Shown: positions 1 to 12,992 of the stretch, in pieces
Position numbering within the stretch: position 1 is the stretch's first letter
Layout: the number at the start of each line of letters is the position of its first letter
Program-made: the position numbers and the translations under genes
Assembly (NCBI RefSeq): GCF_006345805.1
Contig: NC_043013.1
Span: 48,298,001 to 48,362,000, forward strand
DNA length: 64,000 nucleotides
Source: Octopus sinensis
Lineage: Eukaryota
Direction of reading: 5' to 3'
The notes under the pieces: model-generated
Seen by the model: the letters and a program-made list of their open reading frames with translations, nothing else
Database searches by the model: none
What the model was told of the DNA's origin: nothing

Positions 1-1406
1 GATGACTGTGATGAGATTTGAACTCAGAATGTAAAAAGACAAACCACAACTTCTGTTCAGTGCCCCACTGCCCAAAATAAACAGAAAGATTGACTTCTAA
101 GAATAAATCCACCCTCACCTTTTACTATAGTATAGACTAGATATATTTCTAATCAATAGTTCTATTTAAATTGTGATATAACAATTCTCAACTACTTATT
201 TAACATTACAATTATTGATATTACAGGACTGTTTCATCATTATTGTTTTTTATTTATTCACTTCAACCAGTCAGACATCCAGGTTGCTGCCAAATATTAA
301 CATATCGGTAAATGAAGACATGTAATTTCCAAACTAGCAATATATGTTTACAGGCCTATTTCTAGAATCCTGTAAAATCTTTCAGAACAAGAACCCAACC
401 AAGCAGAGTTAACATTCTAAAACAAGGTTATTTTTATTTAGGAAATAAACAAATTTTGCATTAGGAAAGATGCCAGAACTTGTTGAGAAAACCAGAATAA
501 AAGAATTATAATATTTAGTTCCAAATTCTTTACTTCTAAATTCAAGTCTCATTCACTGGGTTTATCCATTAGCTATATAGACTATTCTATAAATTTGGGT
601 TATGTGCCTATCCATAACATGCCTACATGTGCCTACCTATAATATGCCTACTACTACAAGCTATTACCAGAACATTATTACAGTGCTATCCCAAGATTAT
701 CCATTTACCTGAACCAAATACACTAAGCTTATGTACATAAAACAGAAGCAGCATCAGCGGCTTATTTCGTCCAAACAAAGCTAGGAGGAACACCATGACA
801 GGAAAGCAGAAAAGAACAGCAGTAACTGGTCCTGACCCAGCCTACCTGACCACCTCTGTGTAGTGAGCACTGAAACCCACAGGCATATAACAACAGATTG
901 GATAGTTGCTGAAATGAAACAGGCAAGATTTATTATATTCCCTGCTTCATACCAAAACCCAACTGCAGTTGGAATATGTACAGAGGAATGGAATACAAGA
1001 AGTCGTCAGCCCAAGCAACTTCTCATCATGGTTTCACTAGCTATACACAACAACAACAACAACAACAAAGACAAATATAAAACCAGTGTCATTTGATGTA
1101 GAACATAGTAATATAGGTTTCAAATTTTGTGGGGAGGGAGACAGACGATTACATTGACCCTAGTGCTCAACCGGTACTTATTTTATCGACCCTGAAAAGA
1201 TGAAGGCAAAGTCAATCTCAACTGCATTTGAACTCAGAATGCGCAGACAGATGGAGTGCTGCTGAGTATTTTGCCCAGCATACTAAAGACTCTGCCAGTT
1301 TGCTGCCTTAATGCATAGTAAAATTTCGGAGGAAGGAGTAAGTCAATTATATCAACGTCAGTGATCAACTGGTACTTATTTTGTCAATCCCGATAGGAAA
1401 AAAGAC

Positions 1407-1828
1407 GGATCTTTTCGGTTTGAACGGCAGTTTTTTCTAGCGGTGTCATATGAAATTGTCACCCATAATTATGACCCTAGTATCGATCTATTGCATTTCA
1501 ATCTGTTTTAGGGTTAGGGTTAGGATTAGGGGTGGGGGAAGGGTATCTTTTTTTCTTCACAAATGTAAATAAACCCAATCTGTTTCTTAAACAAGGGACA
1601 TATTCATATGGCACAGAATGTTGTTTACCTCAATGGACGTCAGTGATTGGTTGAAATTGCAGAAATTGAAGAAAAAAAACAACAAATATCTTACAAACTA
1701 TAGAATTTTCTCAAGAAAGCTAAGAGAAAATGATATTTTATAAACACATTCTACCAGTATACGAAGTTTAAAATTTTTTAGTTACCTAGAAATTATGTTA
1801 AAAACTGCCGTTCAAACCGAAAAGATCC
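1407..1828. mobile_element. 422-bp MITE with perfect 28-bp TIRs, inserted in a SINE
   Basis: TIRs are ggatcttttcggtttgaacggcagtttt / aaaactgccgttcaaaccgaaaagatcc. The 8-bp flanks aaaaagac/agaaaggc (6/8) look like a decayed TSD, compatible with Merlin or hAT. Confidence 0.85.
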
Positions 1829-2019
1829 AGAAAGGCAAAACTGACATCGGCAGAATTTGAACACAGAACATAAAGATGGATGAAACGCTGCTCAGCATTT
1901 TGCCCTGGGGTGTTAACGATTCTGCCAGCTCACTACCTTAACACATAGTACATTATCAATAATCAAAACTGTTACAATCAAATCTCAATTCATACTGTTT
2001 CAGCTGAATCACTGATATA

Positions 2020-2650
2020 CTCTTTACTCTTTTACTTGTTTCAGTCATTTGACTGTGGCCATGCTGGAGCACCGCTTTAGTCGAGTAAATCGACCCCAGG
2101 ACTTATTCTTTGTAAGCCTAGTACTTATTCTATCGGTTTCTGTTGCTGAACTGCTAAGTTACAGGGGATGTAAATACACCAGCATTGGTTGTCAAGCTAT
2201 GTTGGGGGGACAAACACAGACACACACACATATATATATATATATATATCCTTTCAAAATGTGACCTCGTGTGTACCGTTGGCGATTTTTTTCCTCTGTC
2301 TTCCCTTCTCTGGGTCTTTCCTTCTCCTATGTTTCCGACAAAGAGCTCCGCTCAAAACATTAAACCCTCCTTCTTTCCTTCTTTCCTGAGCGTCCAATAA
2401 ATACTATATTTGTTCCATGTCCTCGCGTTGTTGTGTTTTTTTTGTGCTTTCTTGTTTGGATTAACTTTATATATATATATATATATATATACATACATAC
2501 ATACGAAGGGCTTCTTTCAGTTTCCATCTACCAAATCCACTCACAAGGCTTTGGTCGGCCTGAGGCTATAGTAGAAGACACTTGCCCAAGGTGCCACGCA
2601 GTGGGACTGAACCCAGAACCATGTGGTTAGTAAGCAAGCTACTTACCACA
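2020..2650 (-). mobile_element. SINE family A (interrupted)
   Basis: Reverse complement of the 9577-9995 element, split by the 2258-2465 insert. Confidence 0.9.
2258..2465 (+). mobile_element. Penelope-like terminal fragment inserted in the (TA)n tract of a SINE; decayed HHR-like motif at 2331-2365
   Basis: The fragment interrupts the SINE at 2020-2650. gttt-CCGACAA-AGAGC.TCC.GCTC-AAAA-CATT-aaac reconstructs to CCGACGA...GAAACGTT by three CpG G>A reversions. Confidence 0.45.
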
Positions 2651-2899
2651 GTAATACAATTGCAGCAATACAATTAAAACTACCGCACATTTGCGACAAT
2701 GCAGGTAGTTGAAATGCATTTTATTGAGGCACAGTTTTTACAGTCAGATGTCCTTCCTATCACTGCCTCTTATTTGTAAGAGAGTTTTTATTCCACTTAT
2801 CTTCAAAAGTGCATGATTTGTTAATAGGCAAACATCATAAATATCACAATGTCAGTAGCTCAGCAACTTTTCAGCTCTCCCACTTTTGTTAAAACCTGA

Positions 2900-3650
2900 A
2901 CCATTCTTAATAAAGCAGTGAGTGTTGACTGAATCCCTGCTGAAATAATAGGCCAACTATGGCGAAACAATCTTTGAAAAACTGACTTAGTTCCTTCAAT
3001 GTTATCAGCAGGCACTATCCCCTATGAATACAAGGATACTACAATCATTCACCAATATAAGAACAGACAAATACGTAACAGTCATCATACAGCTATTTCC
3101 CTTTTGTCAACTGCTGGCAAAATTATGGCAAAAATACTCCTGAATCCCTTCACTCATAATCTCACAACTAACAATCCCCTGCCAGAAAATGTGCCTTTCA
3201 TTGTGAAGAACTTTACAGATAGACATCTAAGAGAAGTGCAGAGAGTAGAATCAGGGCTTATATATAACCCTTGTTGACTTCTCTAAAACCTCTAACACAG
3301 TGACATGGCGGTTTGCAGAAAACCATAGTCAAATATGGTTGTCTACCCATCTTCATGGTGTACCAATTTCCTGATGGCATGCTGGTGAGTGTTATGAGCA
3401 ATGGAGTTATCTCATATCACTGGTTTGTATCTTAACACTACACCCAGTGTGTACCTCCTGAAGGACTGAGCTGAAAATTGCAGGCAATTTTGAATATCTT
3501 ACAAGTTACATTGTCCTAAAATGTTTGCATTGGTGATGGCATGTCATCACATGTTGGCTACATGAGTGCAGAGACAGCTCAAGTCATCGTCATCACCCCC
3601 ACAACTAAGAAAAATTCTAAGAAAACAAAGTGGCAGAATAAAACTCTCAA
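2900..3650 (+). mobile_element. Degraded RTE-clade LINE reverse transcriptase fragment
   Basis: ORF 2999-3277 contains KDTTIIHQYK...AISLLSTAGKIMAKILLN; a downstream frame reads QFPDGMLVSV. Confidence 0.75.
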
Positions 3651-5799
3651 CACAAAAGTTCTCAAGTGTACTCAATGCTTCCAGGGTCAATAAAAAAATA
3701 TCCAGGGTGATGTATTGGTCGACCTGTTAGAACGACAGACAAGATGCCTCGCGTCATGTTTTGGCCTTTTACATTCTGAGAGCAATGCCTATGGTGCCAT
3801 CAATGCCAAGCTGTATCAACCTGCCTTTCTCAGGGGTATCAACACCGGTAGCAAGTGACTTGTATGCATGGGCAAATGATAGTCTTTTACAAAAGTTCCT
3901 GTGATTTGAAGAGGAACTTCCTAAGTGCACAAGCTAATAGTCAGCTATGACTGAAGGTGGCCCTAGATAAGATAAATAAGCTTAGCTGTCACTCAAGCGC
4001 AAGCATGGCTTGGTAACTAGTACCGTTTTTTGAGGACTAAATATAAACCAGAACTGAAACTTTAAAAACGATACAATTTAAAAGCTATACAACATACCCA
4101 ATTAATAACTTACTAATTAATATAAATGTACATACACCATTCTCACCTTTTATTTAAAACACTACTTTATTTTGAGGTCCAAATGGAGAAACATATTGTT
4201 ACAGAAAGTATAATTTTAAATCAGGAACTAAAGTAATCCATAGTTTAGTTTTATTTGACAATTAAGAAATAAATTTAAAAACCTGGAAATATACACAGCA
4301 ACAACACAAGACACTAATGGTGGCAGTGGATAAGAATTGCTAAGGTAAGGAGTCGGTGGTTTTCTAGTAGAAAAGAAATATCAAGAAACTGAAGGCATAA
4401 AAATTTTATAAATTCAATAAAATAAAACTTATAATTCAGAATTTACACGTACAAAAATGTTTGATTAATAAATGAGCTATCTAAAGAATAGAATTAAATA
4501 TACAATAATATGAGAACACATTATTTTCAAAGAACATAAAACAAAGCTCACACTTGAATTCCCATCGATACAATCTATATTCTCAGCAGCTCATTGAGAG
4601 ACATAAACATTGTTGAAATCATCCTTTTTAAAGATAGAATCAATGTTTTCAGATCCATCTTCCATAGATAAAATACAAGTTTAAATCAAGAAGAATATGC
4701 ATCATAATGGCCTATTACACATTAAATAGTCATCTACAGGCATATTTATTATATTAAATACATTTCTTATGTTGTTCATTACAGCAAAATATTGAGAACA
4801 GGAAACAACCGTTGTAGATAAGTCCCATGAGTAAAACAAAGATATTTTACAATTTTCCTCACATCCTTTATTATATAACTACAAATGGGACTAAAAATAA
4901 AAATCCCCCTTCAGATTTAAGCCCACTTAAGTGCAGGCAATTTATAATTAACAAAGTAATTACAAGATTTTTAAATAAACTTTTAGAATTAACTTAATTG
5001 AAAACAAAATAAATTATATTGTAATAATTTCATTTAAAAGAAAATGTAAAAAAACAAAACCTACACCCATAAATAAAGCAAAACTGAAGATATTTTAAAT
5101 ATATGATTACAGTAAGAATGAAAGATTGCTCAAGTGATAAATAAAAGAGAAGTAAAATGTTGAGGTTGGTCTGGAAATGAAATTTTATTTATCAATATTT
5201 GCTGCAGAAAGATAATGAACAATTTATTTGATTTTGTTTAAATAATATTTTATATGAATATGTATGAAGATAAAACACCCCAAAAAATAAATAAATAAAT
5301 AATAGAATTTTATCTTAAATATACCATCTCCCATAAATAAAAAAAAAAAATTGAAATTATTCCTTATCCTTTATTTAGCCTGTGACAATGGAAATCAAAG
5401 ATATCCTAATCAAAGTCCACCGTTATTTATAAGTTTCAACATCCTTAGCACAATGAAGAATGTATTTTTCCAGCCTTGATTTTTCTACTTCGTTCTCTTC
5501 CACAACTCCTTTCAACTTTATCTAGTTATATAATTTCTAATTTGAAAACAACAGGGAAATTCACGAGAAAACACTTTGTCTAACAAATATAGAGTTGGGG
5601 GGGAGAACTGACAGTAATATGTTTAATCCTTTAGCATTTAAACTGTCCATGGCCAACCCAAATAATCTATTACGTTAGAAGCCTTAAATATCCTTGTCAT
5701 CACTTTACTGAGATTGGAATCGAAGACATGAGGAGTAGCGGCAAAATTTAATTAGCTATGTGTTGTTTTAGTTCCATACCAATATATCATGACCTTTAA

Positions 5800-6018
5800 C
5801 CCTTTCGTGACTGTATTTCTGTTGAGATGCTCTGTGTTTCTTTCAATTACTTTAAATATAACAAAGAATTTAGTAAAATAACTTAGTTATCATTAAGCTA
5901 GTGTTAGGAACATAAATTCTGACTAAGGTTGGTGGAAGATTTTGATTTAAAACTTATGAAAACAAGGCATTTGTACTACAGAGCCAGAGTGGTTTCAGCC
6001 GGGTTGGTAACGAAAGGG
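5800..6018. mobile_element. piggyBac-type MITE (family 1)
   Basis: TTAA|ccctttcgt...acgaaaggg|TTAA. A second copy lies at 18079-18299. Confidence 0.9.
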
Positions 6019-6020
6019 TT

Positions 6021-6234
6021 AAGGCAGCGAGCTGGCAGAAATGTTAGCACACTGGATGAAATGCTTAGTAGTATTTCGCCTGCCTTTACATTCTGATTTC
6101 AAATTCCATCAAAGTCAACTATGCCTTTCATCCTTTTGGGGGATGATAAATTAAGTACCAGTTGCGTACTGGGTCAATCTAATCGACTGGCCCTCTTTCC
6201 AACAATTTTGGGTCTTGTGCCTAGAGTAGAAAAG
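6021..6234 (+). mobile_element. SINE family B (aaggcagcgagctggcagaaa head)
   Basis: Same head as copies at ~1130-1940, 11360-11592, 19750, 39270 and 59140. Confidence 0.85.
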
Positions 6235-8745
6235 AATATATCATGACCTTTCTAGGGTACATCAATGACTATATTTTCTATGTATACGCTTTTACAAGAA
6301 GAAAGGATATGGTCCGGAGTAGATTTAACTGCTATTTCTAATAGGATCAGCAATATATGGAAACTCCTCCACTGTGCTTTTCTATTAGCTGAATGCCAAA
6401 TTATATTCCGTAGGAAAATAGTTGTCGACAAAAATCTATTTGTAGCTTTTGCCACACTTCATAAGTAAAAGAACTAAATGACAATGTTCCAAGTTATGTT
6501 TTATAAACTTGAGAGACTATGGATAATCTTTGTTTAGGAAGCCTTAAAAAGACAACTATATAACACACTTGGATACGAAGACACTGTTCAAGGAAAGTCA
6601 ATTTTCAATTCCAGAGTTATAAATAGAATAACCTATAAAAAAAAAAATGCTACTTTGAGAATCCATGTCCAAATGAAAACTAAACAAATTCAAAAGAGGC
6701 CTTGGAAGTTCAGTTAAGACTGTGGTGACAACAAAACCTTTTTGTCAGGGAAGGAGTAAATATTTCATCCACTTCAATTTACAAGGTTTCCTTCAACAAA
6801 TAATTATTTGTTAAACCTTTCTAACAGTACACATAGTACACAGACCAATATAACAGCATAAGTATAAACAGGTAAGATATTTTTACCTGTGATGGCCACT
6901 ATATAATTTTTACTTTAATTACTTGAATATTCTGTCAAAATAGCTATTAAGCTAGCTAGCTATTTTTCTTTTCCCTTTTTTAATTAAGATTGCCTTCTAG
7001 CTTGGAAGCCATCTAATATAAAACATATACTGAAATGGATCATATAAAATATATGCCTTTACACGTATACTTTTGTACTAGTGATTTGTATTTTTCTTTA
7101 CACATCCTTCAATATGTTTAGAACAGAAAAATAAAATATCTAAAACTTACACATTATTTTATTCAAATAATGCAATATACAATGGAAATAAAACTTCATA
7201 TAAAGGGATGCGTGAATTTAGATGCGAAATAGAAAATGATTTCTTTTTGCAACATATCTCTTAGTAAATACAATTTTCTTCTCTATCTTGATTCCTCCTT
7301 TTTTTTTTCTTCCCCCCCCCCCACCTCCGTTCCATTACTTAACAAAAATGTTGTGACATCTAATAAATTGAATAACGTGTCCCTATTAAAATGACAGGAA
7401 AATAAGAAATAAGAGAAAAGCAAAAAATAGAATATAATTTGCTTTCTGCAACACATCACAGGCATAAGAATATGTGCATACATAAGAACATGTGCATTCG
7501 CATGCACACAATTATGAATTTTAATAAAATTATCGGGGGTTTTTTCTCCTCCCCCCCCCCACCTTCCATGCTTTGTTCTTTGTTTTTATTTTCTCATTAT
7601 TGTTTTATAATTTCTTAGAAGTTATTAACACACAAAGGTGCTGGTAACATTTTCATCTGAATATCACTTCTGGCTTTATTATCACATTACCAAATAATGA
7701 TGGTTAGATATTTTTTAATGCTTCATTGGCACATAACTAAAAACATAGGTGACAACCATATCCTTTATTCACTGCTTAAAATATTAACTGATTTTATTTT
7801 AATCCTTACCCTAATGTTCAATCACACACACACACACACACACACATGCAGATTCTTGCAGATAGAAGCACTTATCCCATAATTAAATTGTGTGATTTTA
7901 AATAGAATTTTGCACTTGATAGTGAGCTGAAAGAAATAATTTCTAATTAAACTATTTTCAGAAACTATCTTCTCTTACTCGAGAATACATTTTGTCACAC
8001 AAAAAACTATCACACCTAAACGTAAAAACAATGTTAAAAATTAATTTCTTTTCATTAATGTTATGCAAAATTCAAAGTGGATGACACTGGCATTAATTTC
8101 ATTTGATTGTAGTTACTTTGTGAGAAGCAAAAGAGAAGTCAAAAAAAAGGTAAAATTTTAGTAAGCATCATAGAATTGAAGAACATCTTCAGGGCATCAC
8201 ATAAATTTGTCTATCAAACTAATAAAATTATATTCTTAATGAACTAATTCATTAGTTTTAACACACACACACTCACACACACACACACACACACACACAA
8301 TTACAAATACATACAAGGCTTACTGTGAATATATCAGACTATTCACTTGGCCTTTATTATTTGTATCTAAATTAAGTTTAACTCTGTATATTCTCCAGTT
8401 GCCCTCAGGTCAGTGTATATGTTGTATATATCAATATTTGTGCAGAGAAATTGAACAAGAAGAGCAGAATGACAGTGAGAGGAGTAGAGAGAGACTGACA
8501 GACAGATGGAGAGAGAGAGAAGGAGGTGCAAAGAGAGAGAGAAAGAGAGAAGTTGAGGTATGTGGACACAACTAAAAAAAAAATTATATGACATTTATAT
8601 CCTAATACAATTATGCATAGTATTGTTAATAATATTAAAATTCATTACAGTAAAACAGCTATTTTAGATTAACTTCATAGATTAAATGATGATGGTGATG
8701 ATATATATATGTAAATGTGTGTTTGTATGTATATCTATGTATGTG

Positions 8746-8809
<64 letters not shown>

Positions 8810-9576
8810 ATAGATACAAATATACATATGTATACATCTTGTATATTTAAGTCAAGATCCTAAAACGAAGGTACCACATAAAAGGCACTGGTGATGGTGC
8901 CACTTAAAGCGTACCCACTACACTCTGTAAAGAGGTTGGCGTTAGGAAGGGTATCCAGCTATAGAAACCAAGCCAAAACAGACCATGGAACCTGGTGCAG
9001 CCCTTGGCCTTGCCAGTTCCTGTCATGCCAACATGGAAAACGGACATTAAATGTTGATGATGATCATGTCAATATCATCACCATTGTGGTGTAACATCCA
9101 GTTTTTCCATGCTTGTATGGAATTTATTGAAGCAGATTTTCTAGAGCTGAACGAACGCCTTTCCTGTTGCCAACCTTCACCTATTTCCAAGCAAAGTAAT
9201 ATTTATTCATGGCCGGACATGCTTTTCACAGATGACTAGCAATGAGTAACATTTACATCCATCACAAGGACACACACACACACACATATAACAGGCTTCT
9301 TCCAGTTTTTGTCTACCAAATCCACTCACAAGGTTTTGATCAATTCAGGGTTATTTAAATAGTGCACAGTAGGTCTGAATCCATGACCACATGATCGGGA
9401 AGCGAGGTCCTCAACAACACAGTCACGCCCTTAGCTACACCCACATCATGTCTCAATTGAGGAAGATTTTGCATAAGAGATGAAATTCCCTCTTTACCTA
9501 CTGTGCAATTATCTGATCAGAGCCTCATAAATGGATTTAGCAGAGGAAGACTGTCATGTGGGTGTGCATGCATATA

Positions 9577-9749
9577 CAGGCGCAGGAGTGGCTGTGTGGC
9601 AAGTAGCTTGCTTACCAACCACATGGTTCTGGGTTCCTTCCCACTGCGTGGCACCTTGGGCAAGTGTCTTCTACTATAGCCTCGGGTCAACCAAAGCCTT
9701 GTGAGTGGATTTGGTAGACGGAAACTGAAAGAAGCCCGTCGTATATATG

Positions 9750-9784
<35 letters not shown>

Positions 9785-9995
9785 ATAAGTTTGTGTGTCT
9801 GTGTTTGTCCCCCCAACATCGCTTGACAACCGATGCCAGTGTGCTTATGTCCCCCGTAACTTAGTGGTTCGGCAAAAGAGACCGATAGAATAAGTACTAA
9901 GCTTACAAAGGATAAGTTGTGGGGTCGATTTGCTCGACTAAAGGGCGGTGCTCCAGTATGGCCACAGTCAGATGACTGAAACAAGTAAATGAGTA
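9577..9995 (+). mobile_element. tRNA-derived octopus SINE, family A (central TA/TG microsatellite)
   Basis: Head aggcgcaggagtggctgtgtgg...ggttcc with A/B-box-like motifs; tail tgactgaaacaagtaaa. Related copies at ~2020, 13578, 14240, 16650, 17309, 51290, 53170 and 57020. Confidence 0.9.
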
Positions 9996-9999
9996 AAAG

Positions 10000-10030
<31 letters not shown>

Positions 10031-10269
10031 TACACATTCAGTAGTGGACTTTGGTGCAATACACTTTACTAGATATTTCCAACCCAGTGTTTAGATACTC
10101 ATAAATTAATATTCTCACTAATCTCTTTTCTAATTTTTCTATGCAAAGTTTACTTCAAAATGCAAAAGAACCAACACTTTCAATATGTGGCGCCTCCATG
10201 CAGACAGTTCAGTTAATAAAAGGGAAATAATCATTTCTTCATAATATTTGGCAGGATTAGAAGTCATTC

Positions 10270-10607
10270 ACTTCGACTGCTGCTGTGCACGACTACGTCT
10301 CTGAATCGGTTGATCATCACCCTCCCTATTCTCCTGATTTGACCCCCATCGGACTATCATTTCTTCCTGAGCATGACAAAAACATTTGGCTGTGAAGCAA
10401 TGTCACAGTGATGATGATGACATATCTGCTGTTGATGACTTTTTTTGATCAACAGGATGAAAGCTTCTTCACCAATGGGATCCAAGCGCAGCAATACTGA
10501 AGGGAAATGGGTGGAGATTGCAAAGGGACTATGCTGTAAAATAAACCTCATTTGGTCACATTCCAGAGGAGTGTCTATGTCAGCCTATGAACTTTTCAGC
10601 CAACCTT

Positions 10608-10608
<1 letters not shown>
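10270..10608 (+). mobile_element. mariner transposase 3' fragment with right TIR
   Basis: Frameshifted HPPYSPDLTPSDYHFF motif; ends atgaacttttcagccaacctta. Confidence 0.75.
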
Positions 10609-10642
<34 letters not shown>

Positions 10643-11359
10643 ACATGCATGTGTGTTAGAACATTACATGCATACAAATTATGATTGTTTAATGAAATAC
10701 AGTGTCCCTACCAGCAATTAACAAGTTATATATGAGGCATTCAGTGACAGACTGCCGTAAGCGCCACAACTTAAAAGCCAAGACATATGCAGTCAAAGTC
10801 TCACGACTTTCAGAATGCAATATCTCAACAAGGAATGAAGTTCCTTAGTCACATTTGATGAGAGTATGTTAGCATATGACCTTTTCAGCTAACTCTCATA
10901 TACACCACAGTGTAACATGAGTGTATGGCCCCTGCCTCCTCCTCCCTCGTACATCTTCACCATCTTTCTCCCCTCCCTCTCCATCCGACATAGCCATATA
11001 CCTCTTTTAATGCAAGGCACCTTCACTGTCCCTCCCCACTACTGCTCCAGCTGCAAGTTACTTGGTGACCTCACTGCTGCTGGTGCAACACAAAAAGTAC
11101 CCAGCACATTCTGTAAAGTGGTTGGCATTAGGAAGGGCATCCAGTCATAGAAACTATGCTTGGTACAGTTTTCTGACATGCCTTGTTCCTGTCAAACTCT
11201 CCTACCATGCCAGCATGAAAAAAGGATATTAAATATTGACAATGATACATCATCTTCATTTAACATCCATATTCCATGCTGACATGGGCTAAATGGTTGA
11301 TGGGATCCAAGAGATCAAAAGACTACACTGTAGTTCAGTGTTAGCTTTCAAATGGTTTC

Positions 11360-11592
11360 TTATTTCTTTATTGCCCACAAGGAGCTAAACATAGAGGGGA
11401 CAAACAAGGACAGACAAAGGGATTAAGTCGATTAAATCGGGCCCCAGTGCGTAACTGGTACTTAATTTATCGACCCCGAAAGGATGAAAGGCAAAGTCGA
11501 CCTCGGCAGAATTTGAACTCAGAACGTAGCGGCAGACCAAATACCGCCAAGTATTTCACCTGGCATGCTAACGTTTCTGCCAGCTCGCTGCC
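11360..11592 (-). mobile_element. SINE family B
   Basis: Reverse complement of 6021-6234 and close to the 37568-38130 units. Confidence 0.85.
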
Positions 11593-12640
11593 TTTCAAAT
11601 GGTTTCTGTGGGTGAATGCCCTTTCAAATGCAAACCACTATACAGTGGCCAGTGGGTGCTTTTCTTCATGCATTAGTGAGGTAATCCCAGCTTGCAAGTG
11701 ATTGGGGTGGAGCTAGAAAGAGGTAAAGAGGTGTCTAGGTGGATCCTCATGGCACAAGGTGAGTGAAAGTAACTGGGGGCAGAATATGGACTGTGGACAA
11801 GTAGAGGTTGCAGGGAGTGTATGGGAGAGTGAGAGGTGGGGAATGGATGAACGGGTGAGAACAAGTGTTGAGGGATAAGTAAGGGGGGCAAGAAAGAGCA
11901 GGTGATAAACATAGAGATGAGGTGTGGATGTAGTAAATAATGGGTAAAGGATGGGGTATGACCAATGATGCATATGAGTAGGGGTGGGCAGGAAATGACT
12001 GGCAGTGCAGAAATAATGATGATACAGTAGACAGGGCAAAGGTGAGAAAGAGAAAAAGAGAGAAAGATGACATGGTTGGGTAGATTGCAAAAGGAAGGAA
12101 GGAAAGTATAGTGCATGAGAAGAGGGAGAGATGCATGTTGATGGAGAAGGGGAGATAATCTGGGGACTGGAGCTGGGAGTGATCAATGTAAAATGAAGGT
12201 AGAGAGCTCAGGAGAAGTGATGGACAGTGAAATGGTTACAGGTAGTTTGAGAAAGATAAGTGGTATCAAGAAAATAGCTGCAATTAGAGTACCAAACATA
12301 TAAAGACAATCAGTGAACCAATTCAAGTGTAGTGTGAAAAATAAAACCACAAAAAGATGATATTATTACTCCCAAACACCCAGACAGCTAATTTGTTCTA
12401 TGCCCTAATCCATATAACAGTGATCTTATCCAAGATCCATGAACTCCTGGGAGTTCCAAAAGGTAGCACTGAGTGTCTGTGATCCGTGTTAAAAAAATTT
12501 TTGAAGGCTATTGTATGAAATGCATAATTAATCAATTACATTTATCTTTCATTTGAGAGATGAACAAGAAAAAAAGATTAGAAATATTAAATTTCTAAAT
12601 ATCTCAGAGAGATATGAGCGGTGGTGGAACGATAGAGTGG

Positions 12641-12992
12641 TTGTATACTGTCAACTTAACGTGACAGTCCCGTAAAGGGAATTACAGCACCGCTATTTAG
12701 CCCTAGGAAGCATCGACGCTTCCTGTCGGCTTTGATACATTTCCTGTACAAAGGGGAGACAAGCACTCCCTACAGCAGGCCATGCTACTCCAGACTGATG
12801 ATGAGCAAGACCCAGAAACATGCATGTCTCTGGATGCAGGCCTAGCTGTTGTGGGTGCTTGTCTCCCCTTCGTAAATATAAGGACACAGGAAATGTCTCA
12901 AAGCTGACAGGAAACGTCGATGCTTCCTAGGGCTAAATAGCGGTGATGTGATTCCCTTTACGGGACTATCACATTAAGTTGACAGTATACAA
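12641..12992. mobile_element. ~350-bp foldback element with ~150-bp inverted arms and an HHR as the loop; probably a non-autonomous Penelope-like derivative
   Basis: Left arm ttgtatactgtcaacttaacgtgacagtcccgtaaaggg... is the near-perfect reverse complement of right arm ...ccctttacgggactatcacattaagttgacagtatacaa, apart from a ~12-nt indel and a few substitutions. Confidence 0.75.
12789..12834 (+). ncRNA. Minimal type-I hammerhead ribozyme (Penelope-like-element type)
   Basis: TCCAGA-CTGATGA-TGAG.CAAGA.CCCA-GAAA-CATGCATGT-C-TCTGGA. Stem I is 6 bp perfect, CUGAUGA and GAAA are intact, stem II has one A.C mismatch, stem III is the palindrome ACATGCATGT, and the cleavage triplet is GUC. Confidence 0.8.

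Noticed and set aside
5416-5524. Minus-strand short ORF IKLKGVVEENEVEKSRLEKY... and similar 40-60 aa frames at 27060-27240, 27780-28160 and 52265-52350
   Set aside because: Unrecognisable, with weak or absent splice context; expected by chance or from decayed TEs.
9577-9650. tRNA gene
   Set aside because: It is the tRNA-derived head of a multi-copy SINE and has no complete cloverleaf.
11673-12186. Three overlapping 129-157 aa minus-strand ORFs
   Set aside because: Low-complexity pyrimidine-rich repeat sequence that lacks stops; no protein signature.
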